Part shown: positions 45,152 to 55,744 of the stretch, piece after piece
Layout: each line of letters begins with the position of its first letter
Position numbering within the stretch: position 1 is the stretch's first letter
Assembly (NCBI GenBank): GCA_016200585.1
Contig: JACQEN010000198.1
Span: 1-57,884 of the forward strand
Source of the DNA: Deltaproteobacteria bacterium
Lineage (GTDB): Bacteria > Desulfobacterota > Binatia > HRBIN30
DNA length: 57,884 nucleotides
Direction: 5' to 3'
Made by a program: the position numbers and the translations under genes
Notes under the pieces: model-generated
Told to the model about the DNA's origin: nothing
What the model saw: only the letters and a program-made list of their open reading frames with translations
Database searches by the model: none

Positions 45152-46519
45152 ATGACGGACATGGAATTGTACGGGCTGCGCGCTTCGGATTTCGGCGCGG
45201 GTTTCACTTGGGGCGTGGCAACGGCGTCGTATCAAATCGAAGGCGCTTGGAACGTCGACGGCAAGGGGCCGTCGATCTGGGACACGTTCACGCACCGGCG
45301 GCGCTGGCCGCTGCCAACCGTGCGCAGCGGCGAGAACGGTGACGTCGCGTGCGACTTCTACCACCGCTACCGCGACGACGTGACCTTGTCGTGGAGCCTT
45401 GGCTTTGGGGCAAAACGCTTCTCCATCTCCTGGCCGCGGGTGCTGCCGATGGGTGTAGGGCGGGTCAACGCAGCCGGTCTCGACTTCTACTCGCGTGTCG
45501 TCGACGCTTGTCTGGAAAACGGGCTCGACCCGTGGATCACGCTCTATCACTGGGATCTGCCGCAAGCGTTGCAGGACCGCGGTGGTTGGGCCAATCGCGA
45601 CATTGTCGGCTGGTTCAGCGATTACGCCCGCGTGGTGGCGGAGCGTCTCGGCGACCGCGTCAAGCGCTGGATGGTGTTCAACGAGCCGTTGTCCTTCTGC
45701 GCCGGTGGCTACCTCATCGGTGCGGGAGCGCCTGGGATCTTCAGCCGGCAGAAGTTCCTGGCCAGCGTCCATCACGTCAATCTCTGTCAAGCGGCGGCGG
45801 CGAAAGTGCTGCGCGACAAGGTCGCCAATGCGGTGGTCGGCACGACCCATGTCACCGCGCCGGTGAAGGCGACCGGGGATTCGGCGCGGCATCTGCGTGC
45901 GCAGCGCAGTCTCGACGCGCTGCTCAATCGCGTCTACATCGAGCCCAATCTGGGTCTCGGCTATCCGACCAACGACTGCGGATTGCTGCGGCCGATCGAG
46001 CGCTACATTCTTTCGGATGACGAACGCGCCATCCAGGTCGATTTCGACTTCATCGGCGCGCAGTACTACACACGCGTTTCGGCCCCGCCGTTGCCGATTC
46101 CCTTGGTCGGGACTTTGCCGCGCCGCGACCAGGACTTTCGGCGCTACGAGATCAACGTTCTGGGCAACACCACGCAGCCCGAGGGAATCTATGAAGCGCT
46201 GGAGCGCCTGCATTCCTACAAGCGCTTCCCGAGCATCGTCGTTACCGAGAACGGCACCTCGGTTCCGGATGATCTCGAAGGCGACCGCGTCTACGATGTG
46301 CGGCGCATCGACTACTATCGGCGTCACCTGGCACAGGTCCTGCGCGCCAAAGGCGACGGCATGCCGATCGACGGCTACTTCTGCTGGTCGCTGCTCGACA
46401 ACTTCGAGTGGGCCGAAGGCTACGTGCCGCGCTTTGGCTTGGTGTACGTCGACTACGCGACGCAAAAGCGTGTCGTGAAGGATTCAGGCTACTGGTTCAA
46501 GCAGTTCCTCTCGGTTTGA
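45152..46519 (+). CDS. GH1 beta-glucosidase
   Basis: WGVATASYQIEG, TLYHWDLP, catalytic FNEP and VTENG, WSLLDNFEW. Confidence 0.95.
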   Translation: MTDMELYGLRASDFGAGFTWGVATASYQIEGAWNVDGKGPSIWDTFTHRRRWPLPTVRSGENGDVACDFYHRYRDDVTLSWSLGFGAKRFSISWPRVLPMGVGRVNAAGLDFYSRVVDACLENGLDPWITLYHWDLPQALQDRGGWANRDIVGWFSDYARVVAERLGDRVKRWMVFNEPLSFCAGGYLIGAGAPGIFSRQKFLASVHHVNLCQAAAAKVLRDKVANAVVGTTHVTAPVKATGDSARHLRAQRSLDALLNRVYIEPNLGLGYPTNDCGLLRPIERYILSDDERAIQVDFDFIGAQYYTRVSAPPLPIPLVGTLPRRDQDFRRYEINVLGNTTQPEGIYEALERLHSYKRFPSIVVTENGTSVPDDLEGDRVYDVRRIDYYRRHLAQVLRAKGDGMPIDGYFCWSLLDNFEWAEGYVPRFGLVYVDYATQKRVVKDSGYWFKQFLSV

Positions 46520-46543
46520 AACGACCTGCTGGAGGCTTTCGAT

Positions 46544-48688
46544 ATGAGCACGCAGTTCTCTGAAGCGGCGGCGCGGGTGCGAGCCGGTGCCGATGCGCGT
46601 AAGGAAGCGCGGCAATTGGTTGCGCAGATGACCCTGGACGAAAAGCTTGGCTGCCTCGACGGCGATACGCCGTTCTGGGACGGGCTCATCGACAGCATCC
46701 GGGGCGGCTATTTCCAACACCCGTGGCCGGCGGCTGCGGTGCCGCGGCTCGGGATTCCTGGGATTCAGTTCAGCGATGGACCGCGCGGCATCGTTCTCGG
46801 TAAGTGCACGGCCTTTCCGGTCAGCATGGCGCGCGGTGCGACGTTTGCCCCCGACCTCGAGGAGCGCATCGGCGAGGCCATCGGTCGCGAGCTGCGGGCG
46901 GTGGGCGCGACCTACTACGGCGGTGTCTGTGTCAACCTTCTGCGCCATCCGGCTTGGGGAAGGGCTCAGGAAACCTACGGGGAAGATCCGTTCCACGTCG
47001 GCGAAATGGGTGCGGCGCTGGCCTGCGGCATACAGAATTACGGCTTGGCGTGCGTCAAGCACTTCGCCTGCAACTCGATGGAGAACGCGCGCTTCAAGGT
47101 CGACGTCACTGCCGACGAACGCGCTCTGCACGAGGTCTACCTGCCGCACTTCAAGCGTGTCGTCGATGCGGGCGTGGCCAGCGTGATGAGCGCTTACAAT
47201 TCGGTCAACGGTGATTGGTGCGGGCAGAACCGTGAGCTCTTGACGACGATCCTGCGCGACGAGTGGGGCTTCGATGGTTTCGTCATCTCCGATTTTCAGA
47301 TGGGGCTGCGCGACGCCGTGCAGTCTGTCGAAGCCGGGCTCGATATCGAGATGCCCTATCTGCAGCTGCGGCATCAAAACCTGCCCGCCGCCGTTGCCGA
47401 CGGCCGTCTGCTCATGGAAGCGGTCGAACGAAGCGTCGAACGGACGGTTGCCACGCTTCTGCGCTTCGCGCACTTGCTGAAACAAGAGCCGCAGGAGACG
47501 GCGGTGATCGCCTGTGCCCCGCATCGCGACCTGGCGCGCGAGGCGGCGCAGAAAAGCATCGTGCTGCTGCGCAACGAAGGCGGTGTTCTGCCGCTCGATG
47601 GCGCCAAGTTGCAGCGTGTGGCGGTGATCGGCGAGCTATCGGCGAAGCCGAACATCGGCGACGGTGGTTCGAGCAACGTCCATCCGCCGCACATCGTCAC
47701 CCCGCTCGAAGGTTTGCGCGCGGCGCTGCCGCACGTCGATGTGACCTACGACGACGGCACCGACTTGGCACGCGCGTCGGCTGCCGCCGCCGAAGCAGAC
47801 GTCGTGCTTGCCGTCGTCGGCTACACGCATCGCGACGAAGGCGAGTTCATCCCGAGGGACATCGGCGAGCTCTTTCAGTTGTTTCCCCCGATGACCGACC
47901 CGACAACGCCGGAGCGCTTGCGCGACGCGATCGCCGAGGCAACCTCGGGTGGTGGTTTTTCTCCCGGCGGCGACCGGGCGCGACTGACCCTCAGCGAAGG
48001 GCAGGAGGTGCTGATCGAAACGCTTGCCGCGGCCAATCCACGCACGATCGTTGCCGTGATGGGCGGCAGCGCGGTGATCATGGAACGCTGGCGGCAGCGT
48101 GTCGCTGCTTTGTTGCTGCTGTGGTACCCCGGCATGGAAGGCGGGCACGCGCTTGCCGATGTGCTGCTCGGCAAGGTGAATCCCAGCGGGCGCCTGCCTT
48201 TTGTGATTCCGACCAAGAGCGAGCACCTGCCGCGTTTTGATCGCGACGCCAACCGCGAGACTTACGATCTCTGGCACGGCCAGTGGAAGCTCGACCGCGA
48301 CGGTAACCAGGCGGCGTATTCGTTCGGCTTCGGGTTGTCGTACACGACGTTTGCGCTCGAAGACCCGCAAGTCACCGGCAAGACAACCGAGGGGACGGTG
48401 ACGGTGAAGGTCCGCAACACGGGATCTCGTGCCGGTGCAACCGTCGTGCAAGTGTACGGTGGTCTGCCGAAATCAGGCTTCGAAAGACCGCCGCGCCGAT
48501 TACTTGGTTTCACGCGAGTCGAAATCGACGCCGGAGAGACACGCCGCGTCGAGATTCCCGTTTCACTACGCACCATCGCCGTGCGGCAGAACGGCCAGTG
48601 GGTCATCGAGCCCGGACGCTACGAGCTCAGCGTCGCGCACTACGCCGGCGATCCAAGCGCGAGCAGCGTGTTTGTTTCGTACCCTTGA
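46544..48688 (+). CDS. GH3 beta-glucosidase
   Basis: DGPRG, GRAQETYGEDP, KHF, MSAYN, ISDF nucleophile, FGFGLSYTTF, Fn3-like C-terminus. Confidence 0.95.
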   Translation: MSTQFSEAAARVRAGADARKEARQLVAQMTLDEKLGCLDGDTPFWDGLIDSIRGGYFQHPWPAAAVPRLGIPGIQFSDGPRGIVLGKCTAFPVSMARGATFAPDLEERIGEAIGRELRAVGATYYGGVCVNLLRHPAWGRAQETYGEDPFHVGEMGAALACGIQNYGLACVKHFACNSMENARFKVDVTADERALHEVYLPHFKRVVDAGVASVMSAYNSVNGDWCGQNRELLTTILRDEWGFDGFVISDFQMGLRDAVQSVEAGLDIEMPYLQLRHQNLPAAVADGRLLMEAVERSVERTVATLLRFAHLLKQEPQETAVIACAPHRDLAREAAQKSIVLLRNEGGVLPLDGAKLQRVAVIGELSAKPNIGDGGSSNVHPPHIVTPLEGLRAALPHVDVTYDDGTDLARASAAAAEADVVLAVVGYTHRDEGEFIPRDIGELFQLFPPMTDPTTPERLRDAIAEATSGGGFSPGGDRARLTLSEGQEVLIETLAAANPRTIVAVMGGSAVIMERWRQRVAALLLLWYPGMEGGHALADVLLGKVNPSGRLPFVIPTKSEHLPRFDRDANRETYDLWHGQWKLDRDGNQAAYSFGFGLSYTTFALEDPQVTGKTTEGTVTVKVRNTGSRAGATVVQVYGGLPKSGFERPPRRLLGFTRVEIDAGETRRVEIPVSLRTIAVRQNGQWVIEPGRYELSVAHYAGDPSASSVFVSYP

Positions 48689-48859
48689 GTGACTGGCATT
48701 GGGATCAGTCGGGCGGAAACGAAAGTGCTTGTTCCTGTACCGTGAGATGCGCTATGGCCGGTGCCCGAAGCTGAGTACAAGTCGCAAGTAAACGTCGGGT
48801 CGTTGGTTGGCGCGGGGGGCGCGTCGATCCTGGCGTTCCGTCTAGACAAGGGGGCAATC

Positions 48860-51682
48860 GTGAGAAAATTTCAATGGAGAGTGAGTCTACAGCGAGCCAT
48901 TGTGCTCGGAGCCGTACTCGCGGCGTTTGCGCCGCTCGCAGCCTCGGCCAGCAATTCGAACCTGCTTCTGATTGGTGGGCCGCGGCATCCGTTGTCGGCT
49001 CGACCCGGTATTCGTCAAGGCCAGGCTCCGGTAGGCCCTTCGCTCGCATACTATGGCGGGCGAGTTGTCTCGAATATGCAGGTCGTGCAGGTGCTGTATG
49101 GCGCCGGCCAGTATCTCTCGAACGTCAGCGATACCACTACACCGAGCCTGGCGACGTTCTACCAGGGCGTGCTCAACAGCCCCTACGTCGACTGGCTGTC
49201 GGAGTACGATACCAACATTACTGCGATCGGCGGCGGGTCGGGTACGAACCAGGCCATTGGACGCGGTAGCTTCGTCGGTCAGTACAGCATCACGCCGTCA
49301 CCTGAGAACAGTGGCGCGGTGATTGACGACACGCAGATCCAAAGCGAGCTGGCGGCGCAGATCCTGGCGGGACATCTGCCGTCGCCAACCTCCGATGTGG
49401 GGGGCAACAACAATACGTACTATGCCGTCTTCTTTCCGCTCGGCGTGGCGATCAAATCCGGCGGTGCAACCTCGTGCGTCGAGTTTTGTGCCTATCACAG
49501 CACTATCGCCGATATCAGCGGCCACGAAGTCTACTATGGCGTCCACCCGGACATGGAAAGCGGTTCAGGCTGCGAGTTTGGCTGCGGTGGCGGCAGTCCG
49601 TTCGAGAACTACACCTCGGTTGCTTCGCACGAGATGATCGAAACCATCACCGATCCCGAGGTCGGCCTCGCCACCGACTTTGCGCCGCCCCTTGCTTGGT
49701 ATGACATCGCGAATGGTGAGATCGGCGACATCTGCAACGCCAACCAAGGCACGATCGTCGGTGCCGACAACGTCACCTACACGGTGCAGAAAGAGTGGTC
49801 GAATCAGGCCAATGACTGCATTGTTCACGGCACTCTGCCGGTGCCCGCCGGTACGATTTCGTTGGAGCGGCCGAAGTACTCGTGTTCTTCGTCTATCGGA
49901 ATCACGGTTGCAGACAGCGACCTGGCAGGGAGCGGTTCCGTCAGTGTCGGCGTAACGACCGTTGGTGGCGATGCTGAGACCGTCGTCCTGGCGGAAACGC
50001 CGCCGGCTTCAGGTTCGTTCGTCGGAACGATTGTGGCTAACTCGGCCGTCTTGGTGGTCGGCGACGGAGTCCTCGAAGTTGCCGATGGCGACAGTCTCAC
50101 GGCCACCTACAATGATGCCGACAATGGCAACGGCCAGCCGGCAACCGTACAATCGAGCGCATCCATTGATTGCACGGCTCCAATGATCACCAACGTGCAA
50201 AGCAGCGCCGTCGGCGGGTCGCACGCCACGGTAGCCTTCGATACGAATGAACCGACCACGTCGCAGGTGCGCTATGGCCTCTCGTGCGCGACCCTCAATT
50301 CAACCCAAACAACCTCCAGCCTCGATACGGCGCATCAGGTAGCGTTGACCGGACTCAGCTCGACGACGCAGTACTTCTATTCCGTCGTGGCCAGCGATGC
50401 GGTCGGGAATGCGACCACGGATGACAACAGTGGTAGCTGTTATTCGTTCACGACGGTCGTGACCTCCGACTATTTCACCGAGCTCTTCGATGCGGACGAC
50501 AACGATCTCCACAACCAGGTGTTGACCTTTACCCCGGATGGCTCGGCGAGCTTTTACCACGTGTGTCGATCGACGACGACGACGTTTCCGACGGATCCCA
50601 GTGGCGGACAGACGCTGAAGCTCGACGACGACGACTCCATACAGGTCGATCTGACCGGCGCAGCCCAAGTTCGTCTGTACGGAGTCGCGTACAGCTCGTT
50701 CTTCGTGGGCAGCAATGGCTACCTGACGTTCGGCGATAGCGACAGCAACTACTACCCGACGTTCGACGGCCACTTCAATCTGCCGCGCGTTGCGCCGATG
50801 TTCGATGACCTCGACCCGACGGCGGGCGGACGTATCTCGTGGAAGCAGCTCAGCGACCGCGTCGCGGTCACCTACTACAACGTACCGGAATTCAGCACCA
50901 AGAATTCGAACAGCTTCCAGGTCGAGCTCTTCTTCGACGGAACGATCCGCATGACTCAGCTCCACCTCGACGCGCTCAACGCGCTCGTCGGCCTGTCTGA
51001 CGGTTCCGGGGTTTCCGCCGATTTCGCTGAAAGTGATCTATCGACGTATGCATTCTGTTCGGACTTCATCCCGGGCGGCGGCGTGTCGCAAACCGACTGC
51101 GTTCATGAGTGGTACGGTGCGATCAATTCGGTTGCCACGAACCGTCCGTCAGGGCACCGAGTCGACTGTACCGACGACGACCCCGGTTGCGATGTGGGTG
51201 CTACGACAGGCGATGGCGCGTGTACGTTTCAGGTCAGCCTTTGCCTGAATCGAACGGATCCGCGCTTGCTCTGCACGCCGACTGACGTTCGCAGCGTCAA
51301 CCTGATTCAGCCTGGAACAAAGCCGCGGGATGCGACGCAGGCGGCAAACCGAAGCGCGTTGGAAAGCGCAATGACTGATCTTGGCGGGCAGGTGCAAGGA
51401 TGGTGCACCAACGCGGGCCCAAGTCACCAGCATTCCTGCAGCAGCAACGCGCAGTGTGATTCTGCACCCGGCAGCGGAGACGGCCAGTGTCGGCGCAACG
51501 TCGTGTTTACGCCGGCGCTGGCAACACCGAATATCTGTTCGGCTCCGATCGCGATCCGCGTGCCACTGCGCGGGCCACACTTTACGAAGGGTGTACAACA
51601 CCTGCGCTTGGCGGCGCGCCGATCCGATCAAGCACCGGCGGATCGGGATTCTCTGACGTTGATTTGTCACGCCCAGCGCTGA
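48860..51682 (+). CDS. Large secreted multidomain protein (PHI-1/EXORDIUM-like N-domain, Ig/Fn3-like, NIDO-like, Cys-rich C-domain)
   Basis: Signal peptide from GTG 48860; CAYH...SHEMIETITDP...EIGDIC; T.EPTT..V.YG...H.V.LTGL...TQYFY (Fn3); VGSNGYLTF...APMFDDL...NSFQVEL (NIDO-like). Confidence 0.7.
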   Translation: MRKFQWRVSLQRAIVLGAVLAAFAPLAASASNSNLLLIGGPRHPLSARPGIRQGQAPVGPSLAYYGGRVVSNMQVVQVLYGAGQYLSNVSDTTTPSLATFYQGVLNSPYVDWLSEYDTNITAIGGGSGTNQAIGRGSFVGQYSITPSPENSGAVIDDTQIQSELAAQILAGHLPSPTSDVGGNNNTYYAVFFPLGVAIKSGGATSCVEFCAYHSTIADISGHEVYYGVHPDMESGSGCEFGCGGGSPFENYTSVASHEMIETITDPEVGLATDFAPPLAWYDIANGEIGDICNANQGTIVGADNVTYTVQKEWSNQANDCIVHGTLPVPAGTISLERPKYSCSSSIGITVADSDLAGSGSVSVGVTTVGGDAETVVLAETPPASGSFVGTIVANSAVLVVGDGVLEVADGDSLTATYNDADNGNGQPATVQSSASIDCTAPMITNVQSSAVGGSHATVAFDTNEPTTSQVRYGLSCATLNSTQTTSSLDTAHQVALTGLSSTTQYFYSVVASDAVGNATTDDNSGSCYSFTTVVTSDYFTELFDADDNDLHNQVLTFTPDGSASFYHVCRSTTTTFPTDPSGGQTLKLDDDDSIQVDLTGAAQVRLYGVAYSSFFVGSNGYLTFGDSDSNYYPTFDGHFNLPRVAPMFDDLDPTAGGRISWKQLSDRVAVTYYNVPEFSTKNSNSFQVELFFDGTIRMTQLHLDALNALVGLSDGSGVSADFAESDLSTYAFCSDFIPGGGVSQTDCVHEWYGAINSVATNRPSGHRVDCTDDDPGCDVGATTGDGACTFQVSLCLNRTDPRLLCTPTDVRSVNLIQPGTKPRDATQAANRSALESAMTDLGGQVQGWCTNAGPSHQHSCSSNAQCDSAPGSGDGQCRRNVVFTPALATPNICSAPIAIRVPLRGPHFTKGVQHLRLAARRSDQAPADRDSLTLICHAQR

Positions 51683-51730
51683 CGCTCCGGGCGTGGGCTT
51701 TGCAAAAGAATTGCGGTTTCGCCATCGACG

Positions 51731-51786
51731 AACTCATCCCCCAACCCCCTTCTCTTACCAAGAGAGGGGGCGTAGGGGGGTGAGTT
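51731..51786. repeat. Solo palindromic element related to the DUF559 terminal repeats
   Basis: AACTCATCCCCCAACCCCCTTCTCTT-ACC-AAGAGAGGGGGCGTAGGGGGGTGAGTT; same C-tract/hairpin/G-tract architecture. Confidence 0.65.
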
Positions 51787-51915
51787 GGTAGCCTGGCCGG
51801 TGACAGGAATTCTCAAGCAAAGGTCCGTGCACATGCGCACCAATCGATGAGCGAGCGGCGACCGTAGGTCGTCGCTCGACGTTGACTTCCTTGGGCGCCT
51901 TGTCGATCAAGGTGC

Positions 51916-53064
51916 ATGGCCGACACAGCCGACGGTTCAGCGCAGCGTTTGGTCCATCTCGACCTGCTGCGCGGCTTGATCATGCTGACCATGGCGCTCG
52001 ATCACGTCCGGGCGTTCGTCGTTCGTGAACACCCGTTCGAGATTTGGTCGCAGGCGCTGCCGCATTACGACGCTGTATTGCCATTTCTCACGCGCTTGCT
52101 CACCCACTTTTGCGCACCGGGGTTCTTCTTCCTGATGGGTGCCGGCGTGACGCTGTTTGCGAGTGCCCGCCGTCGCGACGACTGGTCGACCGGGAGGATT
52201 GCCCGCCACCTGGTGACGCGCGGTGTGCTTCTCGTCGTCGTGCAGCAGTTGATCGAGAACCCGGCGTGGATCCTCGGGTCGATGGGCGCCGCGAAGGAAC
52301 CGGCAAGCGGCGGGTTCCAACCTGCCGGCGTCGTGCTCGGCGTACTGTATGCTCTCGGAATGTCGATGGCGCTGTGGGGCCTTCTGCTGCGCCTTCCTTC
52401 GATCGGCGTTCTGCTGATCAGCGCCGCTGCGATCGTCGCGACTCAGACGCTCACGCCGTCGATCGCCGACGCCGCAACCTCGTACTCGCCGCTGCTGCGT
52501 CTCCTGCTGATTCCAGGTAAGACCGGCGTCTGGTTCGTCATCTACCCGGTGATTCCATGGTTGGGTCTGACCGGAATGGGGATCGTCTTCGGGCGCGCCT
52601 TGGCGGATGGCAAGCGACTCGCACCGCAGGCCCTCGCCTGGGGCGCCGTATTCCTCATACTCTTTGTCATGGTGCGGAGTGTCGGCGGGTTCGGCAATAT
52701 CCATGTACCCGTTCCCGAGGGATGGATCGGCTTCCTCAACGTCACGAAGTACCCTCCGAGTCTGGCGTTCATCGCCTTGACGCTCGGTGTCGATCTGATC
52801 GTTCTCGGCGTGCTTGCCGCATTTTGTAGCGGTGGAGAATTTTGGGCGCTGCCGCTGCTGACGTTCGGCCGCAGCGCCTTGTTCTTCTACATCGCCCACC
52901 TATACGTCTACGCCGTGATCGGCTTTGCCTTTCCACACGGTGCGCCGATTGCGATGGCGTACCCGCCGTGGTTTGTCGGGCTACTGATTCTCTACCCGTT
53001 GTGCCGCCGTTACGAGCGCTTCAAGCACCGGCGGCCGACGAATTCGCTGTGGCGATTCTTCTGA
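51916..53064 (+). CDS. DUF1624 / HGSNAT-like membrane acyltransferase
   Basis: LDLLRGL.M.TMALDH, THFCAPGF.FL.G, YP.IPW, KYPPSL; ~10 TM helices. Confidence 0.82.
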   Translation: MADTADGSAQRLVHLDLLRGLIMLTMALDHVRAFVVREHPFEIWSQALPHYDAVLPFLTRLLTHFCAPGFFFLMGAGVTLFASARRRDDWSTGRIARHLVTRGVLLVVVQQLIENPAWILGSMGAAKEPASGGFQPAGVVLGVLYALGMSMALWGLLLRLPSIGVLLISAAAIVATQTLTPSIADAATSYSPLLRLLLIPGKTGVWFVIYPVIPWLGLTGMGIVFGRALADGKRLAPQALAWGAVFLILFVMVRSVGGFGNIHVPVPEGWIGFLNVTKYPPSLAFIALTLGVDLIVLGVLAAFCSGGEFWALPLLTFGRSALFFYIAHLYVYAVIGFAFPHGAPIAMAYPPWFVGLLILYPLCRRYERFKHRRPTNSLWRFF

Positions 53065-53096
53065 AGGAAGCGCGCGGGACGGAGCTGGTTGGCGCT

Positions 53097-54455
53097 CTAG
53101 CGCGGTTCGGTGACCACGACGGTTGCAAAGTCGCTGTTCGCCGCGTCGACCGTGACCGTGCGGTTGCTGCGACCGCCGAAGCCCACGGTCACATCATGAG
53201 CGCCGGGTTTCAATACGACGCGGGCCACCAAGATGCGGGAGGGCAGCAGTGTCCACGACCGCGTGTCGGGCCGATCGAATGCGACCAGCGCCGATTCGAA
53301 CAAGATGCTCAGGATGTCGCCCAACAGATCGCTCTGTTGCCTTCCCCCGGCGCGAATGCCTTCGGCGATCGCCGCCCGCGATGCCATACGGGTCAATGCC
53401 GCGGCGATGATCTTCGGCTTCATCTCTTCGTACTCTTGGCGAATTGCTGAGCCCAGGTCGGCCAGCTCTTCGACTTGCACGGCTTCTCCGTCGACTTGCA
53501 CCGCCGGTTCGCCGAGTGTGCTCGGCGTCGATACCAATTCCGGATACACAACAACTTTGCTGGCGCCGTACTTGAGGAAGTTGATGTCGTGGCTGACATA
53601 CGTACCGGCCATTCCGACTGCCAGGCCGACCGGGATGCGTTTCGGTTCTCGATGCGGTACCCGCCCAAGAGCGAGAACCACCAGCAGCTCACGCTCGACC
53701 GTCGGTCCGCCTTGCTTTCCATTGCGGCTCAAGACCTGGGACAGTCGCGGGCCGCGATAAGGATTGGCGCGCGCCAGCCGCGAGACCGCGCCGTCGAGCG
53801 ATTCGAGCCGTCCGCCGCCGAGAGCTTCCTCATAGTAGCGCAGGGCGCGATCTCCCTCGCCACGGTGCTCGAAGGTGAAGCCGGCAAGGTAGGTTCCCAG
53901 TGCCGCCGGTCGATCGGCCTGGATGTTTTGCGCCGCCAGGTAGTCGCGCATCACCTGGAAACGCCGTGCTTCGACGGCGGCGCCGTCGAGATCGCCGACG
54001 GCAAGGTAGTTCAGCATGTTGATCGCATTGACCGACAGACGTTCGGTTGGCGGCGTACGATAGGTCTTGAGACTGTCGCTGAAGATGTAACTTCCCAACG
54101 TTCCAACCGGGTCCGTCGATAGATCGAGCAACTCGAGATTTCCCTCGGCCGCGGAAAGGTCGCGCGCCGCTCCGCGGTAGCGTCCCAACGACTGCTGCAA
54201 CGAACCGCGCTCGAGTGCGATCAGCGGCCGATCGCCCTTCCATTGATTCGGCAACTCGTCGGCCGACGGCACGTCGAGCGCACCGTTCATCGTCACCAGC
54301 GCTTCTTCGTAGTTGCCGGCGGAAGTCGCGCGCGTTGCTTTGTCGAGGGAGTCGACGTAGGTGGCGCAGCCCGAGGCGGTCACCAGGATCAGCAGCAGCG
54401 CCGCAGCCAGCCACAGACCGGCGGCGCGATCCCTTGCACACGACCGCAGAGGCAG
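53097..54455 (-). CDS. TPR-like lipoprotein (COG3014-like), probably with a non-canonical start
   Basis: AAVEARR and DTRSWTLLP motifs. The reading frame upstream of GTG 54383 encodes a full signal peptide (LPLRSCARDRAAGLWLAAALLLILVTASGC); start placed at CTG 54455. Confidence 0.75.
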   Translation of the reverse strand: MPLRSCARDRAAGLWLAAALLLILVTASGCATYVDSLDKATRATSAGNYEEALVTMNGALDVPSADELPNQWKGDRPLIALERGSLQQSLGRYRGAARDLSAAEGNLELLDLSTDPVGTLGSYIFSDSLKTYRTPPTERLSVNAINMLNYLAVGDLDGAAVEARRFQVMRDYLAAQNIQADRPAALGTYLAGFTFEHRGEGDRALRYYEEALGGGRLESLDGAVSRLARANPYRGPRLSQVLSRNGKQGGPTVERELLVVLALGRVPHREPKRIPVGLAVGMAGTYVSHDINFLKYGASKVVVYPELVSTPSTLGEPAVQVDGEAVQVEELADLGSAIRQEYEEMKPKIIAAALTRMASRAAIAEGIRAGGRQQSDLLGDILSILFESALVAFDRPDTRSWTLLPSRILVARVVLKPGAHDVTVGFGGRSNRTVTVDAANSDFATVVVTEPR

Positions 54456-54459
54456 GATG

Positions 54460-55107
54460 TTACCCTTCCAGCGCTTTCGAACGAGCGACCTCGTTTTGGA
54501 AACGAATCAGGCCGGTTTCGATCTCGATCACCTGTAGGAATAGTGTGTACTGCACGCGGCGCATGTTGTTCAGGCGCTCGTCGACCGAGGTGACCTTGCC
54601 GGTGAAGAAATACTGCGCACCCAGTTGCTTGCCCATGCGCTGCGCCGCGCGCGGATCATACCCGGCGCTCTGTTGAACGCCGATCTCGTGCGCCAACGAT
54701 TCCTGACTGCTGCGATCGACGACCCGTACGCGACCTGTGTTGACGAGTGAAGTTTCGATCGACGAAAGCAAGGTGAGCATCTGGTCGTCGAGGTGCTGCG
54801 TCGTGGCGTTTTGAATCGGCCAGATTGCAACCACGGGCGGTTGTGCGGCCCCTTTGACCGTTTCCTGCCAGAACGGTGAAGCCTCGAGACGCTTCAGGTA
54901 GTCGGCGACGAGATAGGTGATGTCGTCGCGGTCGAGCGTGACGCTGAGCGCTGGGCGGTCGAGATCCGGGTTTGCCGTACCTTCACCGCCGCGCGTTGCA
55001 CGGGCGGCACAGCCAGCATTCGCCGCCAGCAACACGGCCAGGCCGAGGGCGAGAGATCCGCGACCCACTCGATGCGCAACGCCGTTTTTCTGATCGCCGA
55101 TCCTCAT
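54460..55107 (-). CDS. LpoB/CsgG-fold lipoprotein (penicillin-binding protein activator LpoB family)
   Basis: Lipobox NAGC, NATTQHLD, GRVRVVDR, GKQLGAQY..TG, IETGLI.F. Confidence 0.8.
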   Translation of the reverse strand: MRIGDQKNGVAHRVGRGSLALGLAVLLAANAGCAARATRGGEGTANPDLDRPALSVTLDRDDITYLVADYLKRLEASPFWQETVKGAAQPPVVAIWPIQNATTQHLDDQMLTLLSSIETSLVNTGRVRVVDRSSQESLAHEIGVQQSAGYDPRAAQRMGKQLGAQYFFTGKVTSVDERLNNMRRVQYTLFLQVIEIETGLIRFQNEVARSKALEG

Positions 55108-55445
55108 CCGAATAACCCTCCAATCGCTGCAAACGGTAGCAACACCACGTCGAACACCACCGTCAATGGGTAGAGCGCCACCTTCGCCACTGGCTGCATC
55201 GTCGAATGCGCGACACCGCGAGTCGCCGCGAAGAGGTAGCTGTCGTTGTACCAGGACTTCTCTTCCGGAGGTACAGGCTGGTAGCGCGGTTGCAACTCTC
55301 CCGATTTGTTGTCCGGCGCTTGCGCGATCTGAATGACATTGGCTGGCACACTCTGCCGAGGTGCTGCGTAAACGGCGCTGCCCAGGGTCAGCAGCAGCAC
55401 GGCGACGCCCAGGGTCCTGGCCGCGATGGATTGATGTATCGTCAT
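55104..55445 (-). CDS. Small exported/membrane hypothetical protein
   Basis: Signal peptide and hydrophobic C-terminus (P.TV.FD.VLLPF); overlaps the start of the LpoB-like gene. Confidence 0.7.
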   Translation of the reverse strand: MTIHQSIAARTLGVAVLLLTLGSAVYAAPRQSVPANVIQIAQAPDNKSGELQPRYQPVPPEEKSWYNDSYLFAATRGVAHSTMQPVAKVALYPLTVVFDVVLLPFAAIGGLFG

Positions 55446-55744
55446 GGGCTGTTTCTTACCCTGCTACGTCCGTTCAGCCAAGAGGCCGGTTTGATGGCTC
55501 TTGCTGCCGAAGGCGCCACGCTGATCGGGGCGCGTACTGACCATCGAGCTCGAGCGCCTGATACCGGCGTTCCATGTGCCGCAGGTGCAACCCTGCAGGT
55601 GGCGGTCGACGAGGTGCCGGTGGCGGTGGTGACGCCACGGCCGTAGCGCCGGTCACGGAGTATGCGGTCTTCCCCGGCTTGCTGCAAAAGGAGCCGGAGG
55701 AATCGATCACAAGTCGCCGCGTACGGCTCGGACGCAGCTGACCG

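Noticed and set aside
55567-55581. Minus-strand sigma54-like motif CGGCACATGGAACGC upstream of the lipoprotein operon
   Set aside because: The -12 element (ACGC) deviates from TTGC and GG-N10-GC arises often by chance in GC-rich DNA.
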